From Candidatus Melainabacteria bacterium (GTDB lineage: Bacteria; Cyanobacteriota; Vampirovibrionia; Vampirovibrionales; JAJTHC01): 64,000 nucleotides of DNA. Under the pieces are notes generated by a model. The model was given only the letters and a program-made list of their open reading frames with translations, searched no databases and was not told where the DNA came from. Below, piece by piece: positions 9,946 to 19,846 of this stretch; position 1 is the stretch's first letter; each line of letters starts with the position of its first letter. The stretch is taken from the NCBI GenBank assembly GCA_033763415.1, contig JANRKP010000022.1, positions 164,015-228,014 on the forward strand, given 5' to 3'. The translations under genes and the position numbers were made by a program.

Positions 9946-11760
9946 ATGACTCAGCCAGATCCGTATTCGCACCAGTTTGCTTCGGAGGAAAATCCGCAGG
10001 AGTTGCCCGCATTTCAGTTGCTTTCGCTAGAGAATGTTCAAACATCGTCGCCAGGAGACTCTCAGGCGTTGGTGTCTTGTTCTGCCTCGGCCAGTAATGC
10101 GGCCCACTATTTGGATTTAGGAAACCGACTCTACGATAGTTACCAACACCACGCCGCAGTGCCGGACCTGGATCAGGCCATTGCTCACTACCGCCATGCG
10201 TTATCGCTTCAGCCGGATTTGGCCGATGGCTACGTGCGCTTGGCAGCAGCTTTATGGGAAAAAGGCGATATTGAAGTGGACTTAGCCGTTCGGTACTGCC
10301 GAATGGCCTTGGAATTTGACCCCCGACACGCAGAGGCACAGCTGTACCTGGGCTTTTTTCTCCGCCGCGCAGGCTATGAAATGGCTTCTCATGAGGCGTT
10401 GGGCCGAGCGATACAGTTGGCGCCCTTTAAGGCGCGCTTTCAAATGGCTTATGGTGTTTCTTTAATGCAAACCAAGGCGCCGCAGCCTAGCGACTCCTCA
10501 CCCGTGCTGCTTTCGGGCTGGAATGGGTTAATCCACCGGATGTTAGGGGCGATGCACCTGGCCTGGGGCGTTTTTCTTCTGCCAGGCGATGCCTTTGCTC
10601 GGCGGTTGCTGTGGTCCACTTTGTTGGCCGGTAGCTTTAGCTGTTCCGTGCCGATGGTGGGCAAAACGCTGCTGAATGTTGGCTGTAAATCGCTGGCCAT
10701 TCGTTGGTTTTCTTGGGCGGCGGGGTATCGCCCTACCGATGCGCATTTGTTTCACCTTTTGGGAGATGCCTATCTTGTGACGGGCGAGACGTCTATGGCG
10801 ATTGTGTCCTTTCAACAGGCGCTCTTGTTGTGCCAAAGGCATCCGACTCAGTGTAAAAGCTCGCTGGCCAATGAACTCCACAAAAAGCTAGGCAAAGCCT
10901 ATCTAGCCTCTAAGGATACGCTTCGGGCTTCGCAGTGCTTGGAAGCCGCCGTGTCTGCCGATGATTCTGACTTTGAGTCCACCTATCAGCTTGCGCAGTT
11001 GTATGCGGATCAACGGGAATATATTCGTGCGCTCTATTACTTTAAGGAAGCCACCAATCGTTACCCGACCAATCCCTATGTGCACAGCAATATGGCTTAC
11101 GTTCTGTTTAAGCTGGAAGACTACGACGGCGCGATTCAGGAGTACCAAACGGCGGTTAACTACGGAGATGACCCCAAGTGGACGGCCACCGTGGCCCGGA
11201 CTTTGGCCACCATTCACTATAAAGTTCGTCAGGATATTACATCTGCCGTGGCGTTGTTTCAGCTTGCCTTGCAGCTTGATTCGGCCAATCTGGAATGTAT
11301 GACGACCCTGGTGGACCTGTACACGGAGCAGGGAAACCTGGATGCGGCCCTGGCCATCTATCGCCAAATTTTACAATTGCAGCCACAAAATGCCGACGCC
11401 TGGAATTACTATGGTTACCTGTTGTGGCAAATGGATCGAGGGCAAGAGGCGCAATTGGCCTACGAAAAAGCGATTGCTTTGGATGTAGATAACGTAATTG
11501 CCTACAATAACCTGGGCGTTATTTACCTGGATGACCGAGACGACCCGGCGTTGGCGCTGGAATTGTTTGAAAAAGCCCTGAGCCGTAAGTCCGACTACAC
11601 AATGGCCTGCTTCAACTTGGCGCGCTCACTGGAATCTTTGGGGAAAACCCGAGAGGCCGCCACGGCCTACAGCGATGCGTTGGCCTTAAACACCGCCAAC
11701 CCCGAGGTGGATGACGAAGACATTTTGACCCGCCTGGATGGGCTTTTTTCTGCAAGCTAA
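9946..11760 (+). CDS. Tetratricopeptide repeat protein
   Basis: Many TPR-like units (AIAHYRHALSLQP, AWNYYGYLLW, AYNNLGVIY, ACFNLARSL). Confidence 0.9.
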   Translation: MTQPDPYSHQFASEENPQELPAFQLLSLENVQTSSPGDSQALVSCSASASNAAHYLDLGNRLYDSYQHHAAVPDLDQAIAHYRHALSLQPDLADGYVRLAAALWEKGDIEVDLAVRYCRMALEFDPRHAEAQLYLGFFLRRAGYEMASHEALGRAIQLAPFKARFQMAYGVSLMQTKAPQPSDSSPVLLSGWNGLIHRMLGAMHLAWGVFLLPGDAFARRLLWSTLLAGSFSCSVPMVGKTLLNVGCKSLAIRWFSWAAGYRPTDAHLFHLLGDAYLVTGETSMAIVSFQQALLLCQRHPTQCKSSLANELHKKLGKAYLASKDTLRASQCLEAAVSADDSDFESTYQLAQLYADQREYIRALYYFKEATNRYPTNPYVHSNMAYVLFKLEDYDGAIQEYQTAVNYGDDPKWTATVARTLATIHYKVRQDITSAVALFQLALQLDSANLECMTTLVDLYTEQGNLDAALAIYRQILQLQPQNADAWNYYGYLLWQMDRGQEAQLAYEKAIALDVDNVIAYNNLGVIYLDDRDDPALALELFEKALSRKSDYTMACFNLARSLESLGKTREAATAYSDALALNTANPEVDDEDILTRLDGLFSAS

Positions 11761-11797
11761 CCGGGTGTGCTTTTGGCACGAAGGGATTGATTTTACT

Positions 11798-11834
11798 ACG
11801 GCTGACGTAAAAAGTTGCGTCAGCCGTTTGTTTT
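11798..11834 (+). terminator. Intrinsic terminator after the TPR gene
   Basis: ACGGCTGACGTAA-AAAG-TTGCGTCAGCCGT stem followed by TTGTTTT. Confidence 0.7.
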
Positions 11835-11960
11835 GGAAATAATGTGTTGGCAACGTTTGCAGCTTTTGTAGGCAGCTTTTTTCTGCTGCTTAGCGGCTTG
11901 CCTGTTTATGAGTCGCCTGCCTACTGGCGTCGGTTTCCATCACATTTGAGGTGGCTGGTT

Positions 11961-13355
11961 ATGAATTTAATGCGGTTGACCCCTTTCAACACACCGCAAC
12001 AAGGGACTTTCGGGCAAGGGGTTTACGAGCTAGTGCAACCGTCCGTAAATGCCAACGAGATGCCCGTGTCGTCTGTGGCGGCTTCGGCATTGGACTGTTT
12101 GAATCTGTCTTCGGTTTCTTGCCCCACGACGGCGCGCTTTGGCCGTATTGAGCAACCCATTGCGTTACAGTTTACGCCGTTTCCAGAGTCGTTGGCCTCG
12201 TACGATCAATCGGGCGTTTCCCCGGGTAAGGTCACGGTATTTCATTTCCTCTCCACGCAGGAAGGGCACCTTAATGCCAGTAACCCGGCGCTGTTGGGCC
12301 AGGTACGTCGTCTGTTTGGCGAGCTGTCGTTAGTTTCTGCCCCAGAGCAAGGTTTTCAGCGCTTTCCTGAGCGCCATGCGCTGGATGGCCAGCATGCCTT
12401 GTTTTTTAGCCTGAACCCGGTTCCCTCGGTACTCTCTTCCGCAGACCCGAACCGGCTTAAAGTCTACTTTGATCGCAGAGAAGAGGATGTGCCCAAGCTT
12501 TACGGCCTGCCAGTGGGTATAAAACAAACGGTTCTTCATTCTCTGGATGTGCCAGAGGGAAATCCCAATACGGTGATGGCGTTGGTATATGGTCGCCATC
12601 GAGACAGGCCTCAAACGTTAACGCAGCAGTTTGAGAGCATTATCCGATGGGCTGGGCTGGAGACTGCCATCCAAGAACTTTTAGAGAAGTTTTCTTTAGC
12701 TCCTGCGGATGAAAACGCCCCGCAAGAAGCCGTTCCTGCTCCCGCCACTGCTTTGCCGAACGCAAATCCGCACGAGGATATTCGCATGCTGCCCTACGCG
12801 GGCCAGAATAAGCCGGTTGTGGATGGCTTTGTAGAGCATGTGAATAAAGAATACCTGGAAGAATTGCCGTTTGAGACGCTTCAAACACTGGATCTCTCAC
12901 AGGCCGGGCAACGTTACGGCAACCGGCAAGAGATTGCTGCCGATCCGCGTCACGTAACGCTGTATGCCCTTATGCCCAAAAACTTGCAATCGTCTGCGGG
13001 AGCGGCGGCCCGTGTTTCTGTGTCTGTTGGGGAGCAATCTTTCGTGGTGGATGATCGTCATCCCTTGGTGCTGCCAGCCAACACGCCTCATGCACTGCAA
13101 TATTGTAAGGCAGATGCCTACTTGATGCGCATTCAGGCGGTGGAAGATGAGAATAAAACCCCGATCGTCGAAGATGAACACGAAGAATTGCGCCGAAAAC
13201 TGGCAGCTTTGTTACAAGCGCAGGGCGTTACCACGTTACCAGAGCTGTTGGAGCAGGAAGATCAAGGCAAGACACTCCCTGTCTCGCCAGCTGTGCCTGC
13301 GGTTGCCCCTCAGCGACGAGAGACGCCGTTCACGCTGCCGGGCCGTCGTCATTAA
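11961..13355 (+). CDS. Hypothetical protein with S/P/T-rich leader (ARFG) and possible C-terminal cupin-like segment
   Basis: Long ORF; ATG at 11961 after GAGGTGG; LVLPANTPHAL resembles cupin motif 2. Confidence 0.6.
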   Translation: MNLMRLTPFNTPQQGTFGQGVYELVQPSVNANEMPVSSVAASALDCLNLSSVSCPTTARFGRIEQPIALQFTPFPESLASYDQSGVSPGKVTVFHFLSTQEGHLNASNPALLGQVRRLFGELSLVSAPEQGFQRFPERHALDGQHALFFSLNPVPSVLSSADPNRLKVYFDRREEDVPKLYGLPVGIKQTVLHSLDVPEGNPNTVMALVYGRHRDRPQTLTQQFESIIRWAGLETAIQELLEKFSLAPADENAPQEAVPAPATALPNANPHEDIRMLPYAGQNKPVVDGFVEHVNKEYLEELPFETLQTLDLSQAGQRYGNRQEIAADPRHVTLYALMPKNLQSSAGAAARVSVSVGEQSFVVDDRHPLVLPANTPHALQYCKADAYLMRIQAVEDENKTPIVEDEHEELRRKLAALLQAQGVTTLPELLEQEDQGKTLPVSPAVPAVAPQRRETPFTLPGRRH

Positions 13356-13376
13356 TAATCATTTGGTGAGTCTTAC

Positions 13377-14456
13377 TCACTCCTTGCTCTCGGGCAGCGT
13401 AATGCCTGCTTTTAAGGCCAGTAGCATGCCAGCGGCTTCTGGGTAAGAGCGAACAGGGTAAAGCAGATTGGCTTCTATCCACTGGGAAACATGTTCGCCC
13501 AGCAGGTGGGAGGGCGTCATGTTCAGTACCGTGGTGTTTTCCATTACGGCAATGACGGGTATGTGGTGCTCCAGGGCGGCAAGGGTGGGTATGCCTCCCA
13601 GTGCGTTGCCGGGCACCACCAACGCGTCCAGGTCGCCGAGGCAGATATCGGTGGGCTGAAGATCGCTCGACTGGGTGACGAATTGTGGCGCCTGGTGCAA
13701 ACCGGTGAGCACGCAAGGTAAAAAGCTGGGGGTAATGTACTCTGCCGCGGCGCGAAGGTCTACTTGCCTGTCGCGCACGGGCTCGGCGAGCTCCCAGGGA
13801 AATACCGGCGCGTGGGCACAGGGCACTTCCAATAACGATACCAGTGTGTGGGAGATGACCGCCTCTAGTCCGCCAATCGGGTCCACGCCTTCGCCCTGGG
13901 CATAGTCGTTTGCCCAATCTTCTGGTTCGCGCATGCCAACGGCCACGGCAATGGCCGTAGCACCCGCCTGCTGGGCAGCCTGTGCGGCTTGGAGCAGTAC
14001 GTCCGGGTTTTCTACTATGCCAGCGGAGGCCCCGGAGCTTTCCATTTGGAATTGGATTTGAATGGGCTCAGCAGTGTCGATGGTTGGTAACAGGCATACC
14101 CCGTACACGCTACGAACTGCGGCAATGACATTCTCGTGCAGGGTGCGCATGCCCGGTTCAATGCCAGCATCCAATACCACGCCCACACGGTTTTGCCGCA
14201 CAGGCCGAAGCGCCCACCGCCCCTTGAAGAACTGATCCAGGCCGTAACCTTCCACATAAAGCGCGTTTGGGGGCAGTTTCTGGAATCCTGCCGCGTTGGC
14301 CACGTTGGGATGCGTCAACAGGCAGTCGCAGCAGGCGGCAAGCAGGTTGAGATAGGGGGTTGCATCCCCGCCAAAGCCACCATAGCGTGCGCCAATCCCA
14401 GTGGGAATGATCAGTGCGGCTGTAAATGGACGCGCAAGGGGATTTTGCATAACCAA
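13377..14456 (-). CDS. DUF3326 family protein
   Basis: IIPTGIGA..GG..GDA, THPNVAN, YVEGYGLD, DPIGGLEAVISH, HAP, EAAG. Confidence 0.88.
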   Translation of the reverse strand: MVMQNPLARPFTAALIIPTGIGARYGGFGGDATPYLNLLAACCDCLLTHPNVANAAGFQKLPPNALYVEGYGLDQFFKGRWALRPVRQNRVGVVLDAGIEPGMRTLHENVIAAVRSVYGVCLLPTIDTAEPIQIQFQMESSGASAGIVENPDVLLQAAQAAQQAGATAIAVAVGMREPEDWANDYAQGEGVDPIGGLEAVISHTLVSLLEVPCAHAPVFPWELAEPVRDRQVDLRAAAEYITPSFLPCVLTGLHQAPQFVTQSSDLQPTDICLGDLDALVVPGNALGGIPTLAALEHHIPVIAVMENTTVLNMTPSHLLGEHVSQWIEANLLYPVRSYPEAAGMLLALKAGITLPESKE

Positions 14457-14485
14457 AGTTTTTCTTTCGTTCTGGGCTGGTGGAA

Positions 14486-14869
14486 TTAGGCTAACCAGTT
14501 GGGCGGGAGCTGGGGTCTTGGATTGGTTTTTGTGGGTGGCGTGTTCGGAATGCCAATGTCTGAGCGGCTTTCTTCTACATTTAGTACCTCGGGTTGCTGT
14601 CTTAAAAAGTCAAGCAATGTGGCGGAAGCTTGAACCAGGACCACCCCGACGCTTTCCAAAATGTTTGCCTCCGCCAAAGCGCTTAAGGAAGGAGAAGAGA
14701 GCTCTTGTTGCTGTGCACGTTCTTGAATGGCTTGCCATTGGTGCTGGAGCGTCGTGTCATCGGAAGTTTCCTCAAGGCTGACCATATAGGTTTTAGCCGA
14801 ATGGTTGCTTTCCGTAAATCGAACGCTGGACAAGGGGCTTAGCCTGGGCTGGAATCCAATGGGTAGCAT
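14486..14869 (-). CDS. Small protein resembling a stand-alone subtilisin propeptide / Inhibitor_I9 domain
   Basis: AAGGAG RBS; TYMVSL ... GVVLVQAS..LLDFLRQQPEVLNVEES resembles the I9 pattern. Confidence 0.5.
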   Translation of the reverse strand: MLPIGFQPRLSPLSSVRFTESNHSAKTYMVSLEETSDDTTLQHQWQAIQERAQQQELSSPSLSALAEANILESVGVVLVQASATLLDFLRQQPEVLNVEESRSDIGIPNTPPTKTNPRPQLPPNWLA

Positions 14870-14953
14870 AGTAGCGGGGCGACTCCTTTTTTATCCTACA
14901 GATGGCGTTGAAGGGGGCTCCAGGCTGGCTGTCTTCGTCTTTGGGTGGTGGGT

Positions 14954-15589
14954 TTAATTGCTTTGGGGCAACACCAGCCGACCAATAAAGGGCAAATTGC
15001 GGAAGTAACCGGCGTAATCCAGGCCGTAACCCACCAAAAACTCGTTTCCAACCGTAAAGCCTGTAAAGTCTGGCCGAATTGCTTCTTGTGGCTTGCCGCG
15101 CCGCGCCTCGGGCTTATCCAACAGTACGGCGAGCCGTAAGGAGCGCGTTTGGTGGACATTTTGCAGATACTCTAATAAAAACTGCATGGTCAGTCCAGTG
15201 TCTACAATGTCTTCCACCACAAGCACGTCCTGGTCGGTCAAATCTGGCAGACTTAAATTCACGGGCTTGACTGTGCCGGAGGATTGGGTGTTGTTGCCAT
15301 AGCTAGCCAGCCGAATAAACTCCAACGTGCAGGGAATGGTCAGCCGTTTGGCCAAATCCGACAAAAACATAAACGACCCGTTTAAAACCCCAATAAGGGT
15401 GAGATGGCGACAATCAGCATAAGTATGGTTGATGGCTGCGGCCATTGCGTCAATCTCTCTGGCAATTGTTTCTTCCGAAAAAAGACACTCCACCCGTGTT
15501 TCGGCAGGAATATGGGCGGGCAATGCAACGGTGGCGTTGGGGGGGTTAGTCGTACAGTTCACGGGAAGTCTCGTCCTCTGAGGTTTCAT
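14954..15589 (-). CDS. hpt: Hypoxanthine phosphoribosyltransferase
   Basis: VLNGSFMF, VLVVEDIVDTGLT, FLVGYGLDY; follows tilS. Confidence 0.96.
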   Translation of the reverse strand: MKPQRTRLPVNCTTNPPNATVALPAHIPAETRVECLFSEETIAREIDAMAAAINHTYADCRHLTLIGVLNGSFMFLSDLAKRLTIPCTLEFIRLASYGNNTQSSGTVKPVNLSLPDLTDQDVLVVEDIVDTGLTMQFLLEYLQNVHQTRSLRLAVLLDKPEARRGKPQEAIRPDFTGFTVGNEFLVGYGLDYAGYFRNLPFIGRLVLPQSN

Positions 15590-17717
15590 CGTCTTCTAAT
15601 TCAAACGCTGAAGCGGCACGAGAAGAATGCCCGCCGTCAGACGCTTCGCTGTTGTCAGCGGTTAAATCGTCCGCCTCTGGGTCGTTTCCCGGGCCTTCTT
15701 CCGGGCTATCAAGCGTTTCGTCTGTGTAGTCTTCCAGGCCATCCTCTCCGTAGGTAAAAGCCGTGCGTTTGGGCAAGTGGTGGGCTGTTTCTTCGTCCAC
15801 TTCCTCTGCGGCGTTTTCTGCCTCTGCGGTGTCAGGGCTGGCCGTGCTTGCGCTTTCGCTGTCCTCGCTCTCTTCTTCGTCTTCGCCAAAGCCAGGAATA
15901 AGCAGCTTGGTGGGCCGCGCTTCTGGTTCCTCAGGCAAATCCAAACCGTAAATGGCCTGCATATCTTCCATCGGTACAGGGGTGGGCGCAATCCAAGGGA
16001 GATCGGTTTCGCTGTAAACCAGCCGGAGCAAATGAGTGGGGGTGTCTTCCACCCGAAGCCATTCGCTGATGCCAACGCCGGGCACCCACAGCACATCTTG
16101 GCCGCAGGTTAACAACGGTAGCTTATCGCGCAAAAATCGGGGGTATTGACGATTAATCAAATACTTCTTCAGCCGCATAATGGCAGGCATACCCAAAGGC
16201 TGAATACGGTCCCCGGGCAGGCGGGTGCGTAAGGTCAGCGGAAGATCCTGGACTTCCTCCAGGTTGACGTAAACTTCCAGGCTGTTGGCAGCAGAAATAA
16301 GGCCCACCCGCTTTCGTTGAGACGCCGTTAGGGGAATGGCCCGAAGAATGGCCCGAGCCGGTGGGTAGTAGGTCTCTCCAGGCAGTGCAATCCGAAGGGC
16401 GTAGCCATTTTCTGCGGTGGGCAATATGTCCGGTGTGGGTGGCATGTTGCCAGGGTGTAATCCAGCGGGCGCCTCGGGCTCGTCGGTTGCTGCTTCTGCC
16501 CGTGGAGACGAAACGGCAACATCGCCCGAATGCTCAGCCGAAGAAGCCGGGACTTGATCGGAGATGGGGCGCTCTGCTGGCGTGTTGAGTAACGTTTCTG
16601 GCGGGCTGGACCAGTCTGGTGGACCAAAGGGAATGGCCTCATTGGGCTGTAAAACACGGAGGCGCCCCCGTTGAATGGTTAAATAACGGGCTTTTCCAGA
16701 CGCAGTGGTGCCAATGGCCTTTAATGGGTTGCCTTTGTGGTGATGGTGTTCTTGAACGATAAAGTGAATGGTTGCCTCTACCTGATGAAGACCCGCTTCG
16801 GCGTTGTGCTTTTTAAGGAACTGACGAATAATACGACGTTGGTACGCTTTGCCAAGTTGGCTAAATGGCGTTAAATCCAAACCCAGACTGGTTTCTTCGG
16901 TAGGGTTTGTTTTCGGAAGCAGCTTTTCCATCACCTGCCCAACGCTGGTGTTTAAAATATCGGTATCTTCCTGGCTCAGGTGGGCCAGTTGCCGCAGCGC
17001 CTTCTGTACGTTGGGAAAGACCTTTTCAATGGCTGGAAGAATTTCTTGCCGAATGGCGTTGCGGTGGAATCGGGTGTTTTGGTTGGAAGGATCCTCAAAA
17101 TAGTAAAGCTCGTGGGCGTTAATGTAAGCCTTAATGGCCTCTCGGTTGACGTTTAGCATGGGGCGAACAATGGGGACGGCCGCCCCTTCCGAAGCAGAGA
17201 GCACCAGGCGTGGGGAAATCCCTGCCAGCCCGTCAATGCCGGTTCCGCGAAAGATCCGAAACAGAATGGTCTCAGCCTGATCGTCGGCCTGGTGGGCCGT
17301 CAGCACGGCTTGCGCCTGAAGGTCGAAGGCCAGTTGGGTGAGCTGTTGGTAGCGTACTTTTCTGGCGGCGGCTTCCGTTTGGGGTTGCTGGCGGTCGCAC
17401 GGAATGATGACAAAAGGCACGTTTAACTTGTGGCAGTTTTTTTGCAGCCGGGGCAGTTCTGGAGCGGGGGTTCCGCGCCAAGCGTGGTGGTAATACGCCG
17501 CCAGCAGAGAAAACGAGTGTTTTGGTGTAGAAAGTCCGCCCAGGCGAGACTGTTTTGGCGGGTTGTCTCGTAAGTGGGCCAGCGCGTGCAACAGTACTGT
17601 GGAATCCATGCCGCCGGAATAGGCAATTACCAACCGGCCCGTGAGCAGCTCTGGCCATTGCGACAAATGCTGATAAATGCTTTCCAGAATGTGGGTCGGA
17701 GCCGTGGAGGCCGTCAT
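15546..17717 (-). CDS. tilS: tRNA(Ile)-lysidine synthetase with extra linker and acidic tail
   Basis: SGGMDS, AARKVRY, TAHQADDQAET, EDPSN, RNAIR; C-terminal RLPGDRI..LKKYL domain. Confidence 0.93.
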   Translation of the reverse strand: MTASTAPTHILESIYQHLSQWPELLTGRLVIAYSGGMDSTVLLHALAHLRDNPPKQSRLGGLSTPKHSFSLLAAYYHHAWRGTPAPELPRLQKNCHKLNVPFVIIPCDRQQPQTEAAARKVRYQQLTQLAFDLQAQAVLTAHQADDQAETILFRIFRGTGIDGLAGISPRLVLSASEGAAVPIVRPMLNVNREAIKAYINAHELYYFEDPSNQNTRFHRNAIRQEILPAIEKVFPNVQKALRQLAHLSQEDTDILNTSVGQVMEKLLPKTNPTEETSLGLDLTPFSQLGKAYQRRIIRQFLKKHNAEAGLHQVEATIHFIVQEHHHHKGNPLKAIGTTASGKARYLTIQRGRLRVLQPNEAIPFGPPDWSSPPETLLNTPAERPISDQVPASSAEHSGDVAVSSPRAEAATDEPEAPAGLHPGNMPPTPDILPTAENGYALRIALPGETYYPPARAILRAIPLTASQRKRVGLISAANSLEVYVNLEEVQDLPLTLRTRLPGDRIQPLGMPAIMRLKKYLINRQYPRFLRDKLPLLTCGQDVLWVPGVGISEWLRVEDTPTHLLRLVYSETDLPWIAPTPVPMEDMQAIYGLDLPEEPEARPTKLLIPGFGEDEEESEDSESASTASPDTAEAENAAEEVDEETAHHLPKRTAFTYGEDGLEDYTDETLDSPEEGPGNDPEADDLTADNSEASDGGHSSRAASAFELEDDETSEDETSRELYD

Positions 17718-17959
17718 GGGCAGTTGGATTCCTTTTTTGAAGACAACAGTTGAAATAAAGAACAACAAAGAACACAATACGCCTATCATACCCCGGCCCT
17801 GGTGTAGCTCCAAGCGCTATCTTGTGGGCTGCCAGTAACCGATGACCGAAACAGATGATTGCGCGAGAGGCTGCGGGCCCAGGGCTTTTATTTTTGTGCC
17901 AAAGCCGGTAGAACTGTAGCAGTAAGCACTTGGGTTTTTGGTGATGGAAGGCGTTTGAA

Positions 17960-19609
17960 ATGGCTGCCGATGTCTCTTCTGCTTCAAAATCGGCCGTGTC
18001 AGGCGGTTTTCTCCAGGCTGCGGGCCTTATTGCCGTGGCAACGCTGCTTAGCAAGCTGTTGGGGCTAATTCGAGATTGGATGATCTTTAACGCCTACGGG
18101 GCTTCTTTGGTAACGGATGCCTACTTTGCCGCGTTCCAGATTCCATCGTTTGCCTTAATTCTACTGGGTGGCCTTGGCGGGCCGTTCCATACGGCGACGG
18201 TTTCCGTGCTGACCCATTTGTTAACCACGCGTCAGTCAGCCGAACCGGCGGCTGGAGAACAGGCCGAAGTGCTGGCTCGTCGTATAGCGGCCACATTGTT
18301 GACGTTAACCGGCCTGGTGTTTGCGTTGCTCTCTTTGCTGTTAGGCCTGATGGCAGAGCCCTTGATGGCGCTCATTTTAGGCAATACGGCGGATCCTCAA
18401 CTCCTGGAGCGTTCGGCGGAGATGCTACGGGTGATGTCGCCGGTGTTTTTGCTTGGCGGACTGATGGGTATTTTCTTTGGCGTGCTCAATGTGTACCAGG
18501 TGTTTTTATGGCCGTCATTGTCTCCGGCTGCACAAAGCTTGTGTATGATTGCAGGCTTGCTATTGTGGGGCGGCGATTCCACCGGCATGCTGCTGGCCTG
18601 GACCACTTTAGGCGGGGCGATTGCGCAACTGCTGGTGCAACTGCCGGACTACTTGCGTCGGGGCTATGGATTGCGGCCGTCACTTTCTGCCTGGAAGCTG
18701 CCAGAACTGCGCCGGATTGGTGAAATGCTTTTTCCGGCAACGGTTGGCACCACCATTGGCCAGGCCACGGTGTATGTGGATATGTTTTTTGCCGCCATGT
18801 TGCCGGTTGGCGCCTGGTCTGCCGTGGTGCTGTCCAACCGGCTGATTCAGTTTCCGCTCGGTGTATTGCAAACGGCGCTGCTGGTGCCTATTTTTCCGCG
18901 TTTTACCCGTCATGCGGCGGCGGGCGATCACCACGCTCTGGGAGAAGACTTCCGCCGAGGGGTATCTGGCCTATGGCTGATTAGTATTCCGATGTTAGTG
19001 ATTTTACTGCTGGAAACTGAGCGGATTGTCCGGCTGACGTTTCAGCACGGGGCGTTTAACCCAGCGGCAACCCGTGTGGTGACGGATGCCATTGTGTTCC
19101 AGGCGTTTCAAATTGTTCCCTACTTTGCCAGAGACTCTTTAACGCGGGTCTTTTACGCGTTTCAGGATACCCGAACGCCCCTGCTGGTGGGCTTGGTGGC
19201 CATTGGCTTAAAAGCCCTGCTCAACTGGTGGTGGGTGGTGGAAACCCCAGGCTTTGGCGTGGGCGGTATTACGCTGTCAATTACGGTGATCACAGCCGTC
19301 AATATGGTTTTTCTGGCCGTGTTATCGCGCAGGTATACACATACCTTGCACTTTAAATCACTGTTGGTTACCTTGTTTAAGCTGCTGATGGCAGGTGGGG
19401 CTATGTATTTGGCCGTTTATGCAATGGAAGTGCCTTTGCTTCATCTTCTGGGTGAAACAAGCCCGTGGTTGCGCGATGGGGTGCTGCTACTGGCGAGCAG
19501 TGTTTGTGGCTTGGGCGTGTATGCCCTGGCCGTGTGGATCTTGCGTTTGCCAGAAGTTAGTTGGCTCCAGGAGCGCCTCTTGCAGCGGTTTCAAAAAAAG
19601 GCATCCTAG
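17960..19609 (+). CDS. murJ: Lipid II flippase MurJ
   Basis: SKLLGLIRD, DAYFAAF.IP, NRLIQFPLG, FYAFQDTRTP; many TM helices. Confidence 0.95.
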   Translation: MAADVSSASKSAVSGGFLQAAGLIAVATLLSKLLGLIRDWMIFNAYGASLVTDAYFAAFQIPSFALILLGGLGGPFHTATVSVLTHLLTTRQSAEPAAGEQAEVLARRIAATLLTLTGLVFALLSLLLGLMAEPLMALILGNTADPQLLERSAEMLRVMSPVFLLGGLMGIFFGVLNVYQVFLWPSLSPAAQSLCMIAGLLLWGGDSTGMLLAWTTLGGAIAQLLVQLPDYLRRGYGLRPSLSAWKLPELRRIGEMLFPATVGTTIGQATVYVDMFFAAMLPVGAWSAVVLSNRLIQFPLGVLQTALLVPIFPRFTRHAAAGDHHALGEDFRRGVSGLWLISIPMLVILLLETERIVRLTFQHGAFNPAATRVVTDAIVFQAFQIVPYFARDSLTRVFYAFQDTRTPLLVGLVAIGLKALLNWWWVVETPGFGVGGITLSITVITAVNMVFLAVLSRRYTHTLHFKSLLVTLFKLLMAGGAMYLAVYAMEVPLLHLLGETSPWLRDGVLLLASSVCGLGVYALAVWILRLPEVSWLQERLLQRFQKKAS

Positions 19610-19642
19610 GTGGTGTAGACATTGAATATCTACACTGCCTGG
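19606..19642. mobile_element. 37-bp MITE-like remnant (two abutting terminal inverted repeats)
   Basis: CTAGGTGGTGTAGACATT-G-AATATCTACACTGCCTGG; the same ends bound the element at 29569-29720. Confidence 0.55.
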
Positions 19643-19846
19643 CTCGGGTTGGCTTGAAGCTTCATTTTAAACGCCTCATTTTCAACACTGGCCTCTGCCA
19701 ATGCACAGAACAGTTTGGCCCGGTTTTTATGCACATGTCGGTTGTAAAGAGATTCAGGGAAAGCGGAGATTACTAGGATTACATTGGCTGGAACGATGCG
19801 GGTGTCGTTGCTTGGCTAACTGTAGAGCGAGGGTAGAGAGAGATAT

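Noticed and set aside
14870-14957. Sigma-28 promoters upstream of the leader-bearing genes
   Set aside because: TAAA elements occur, but spacing and the GCCGATAA-like -10 are inconsistent among genes; several have sigma70-type elements instead.
17272-18054. Long alternative-frame and antisense ORFs in the track (e.g. 17272-18054, 52997-53695, 33292-33888, 24815-25045)
   Set aside because: They overlap well-supported genes or the tRNA, show no motifs, and are expected shadow ORFs in GC-rich DNA.
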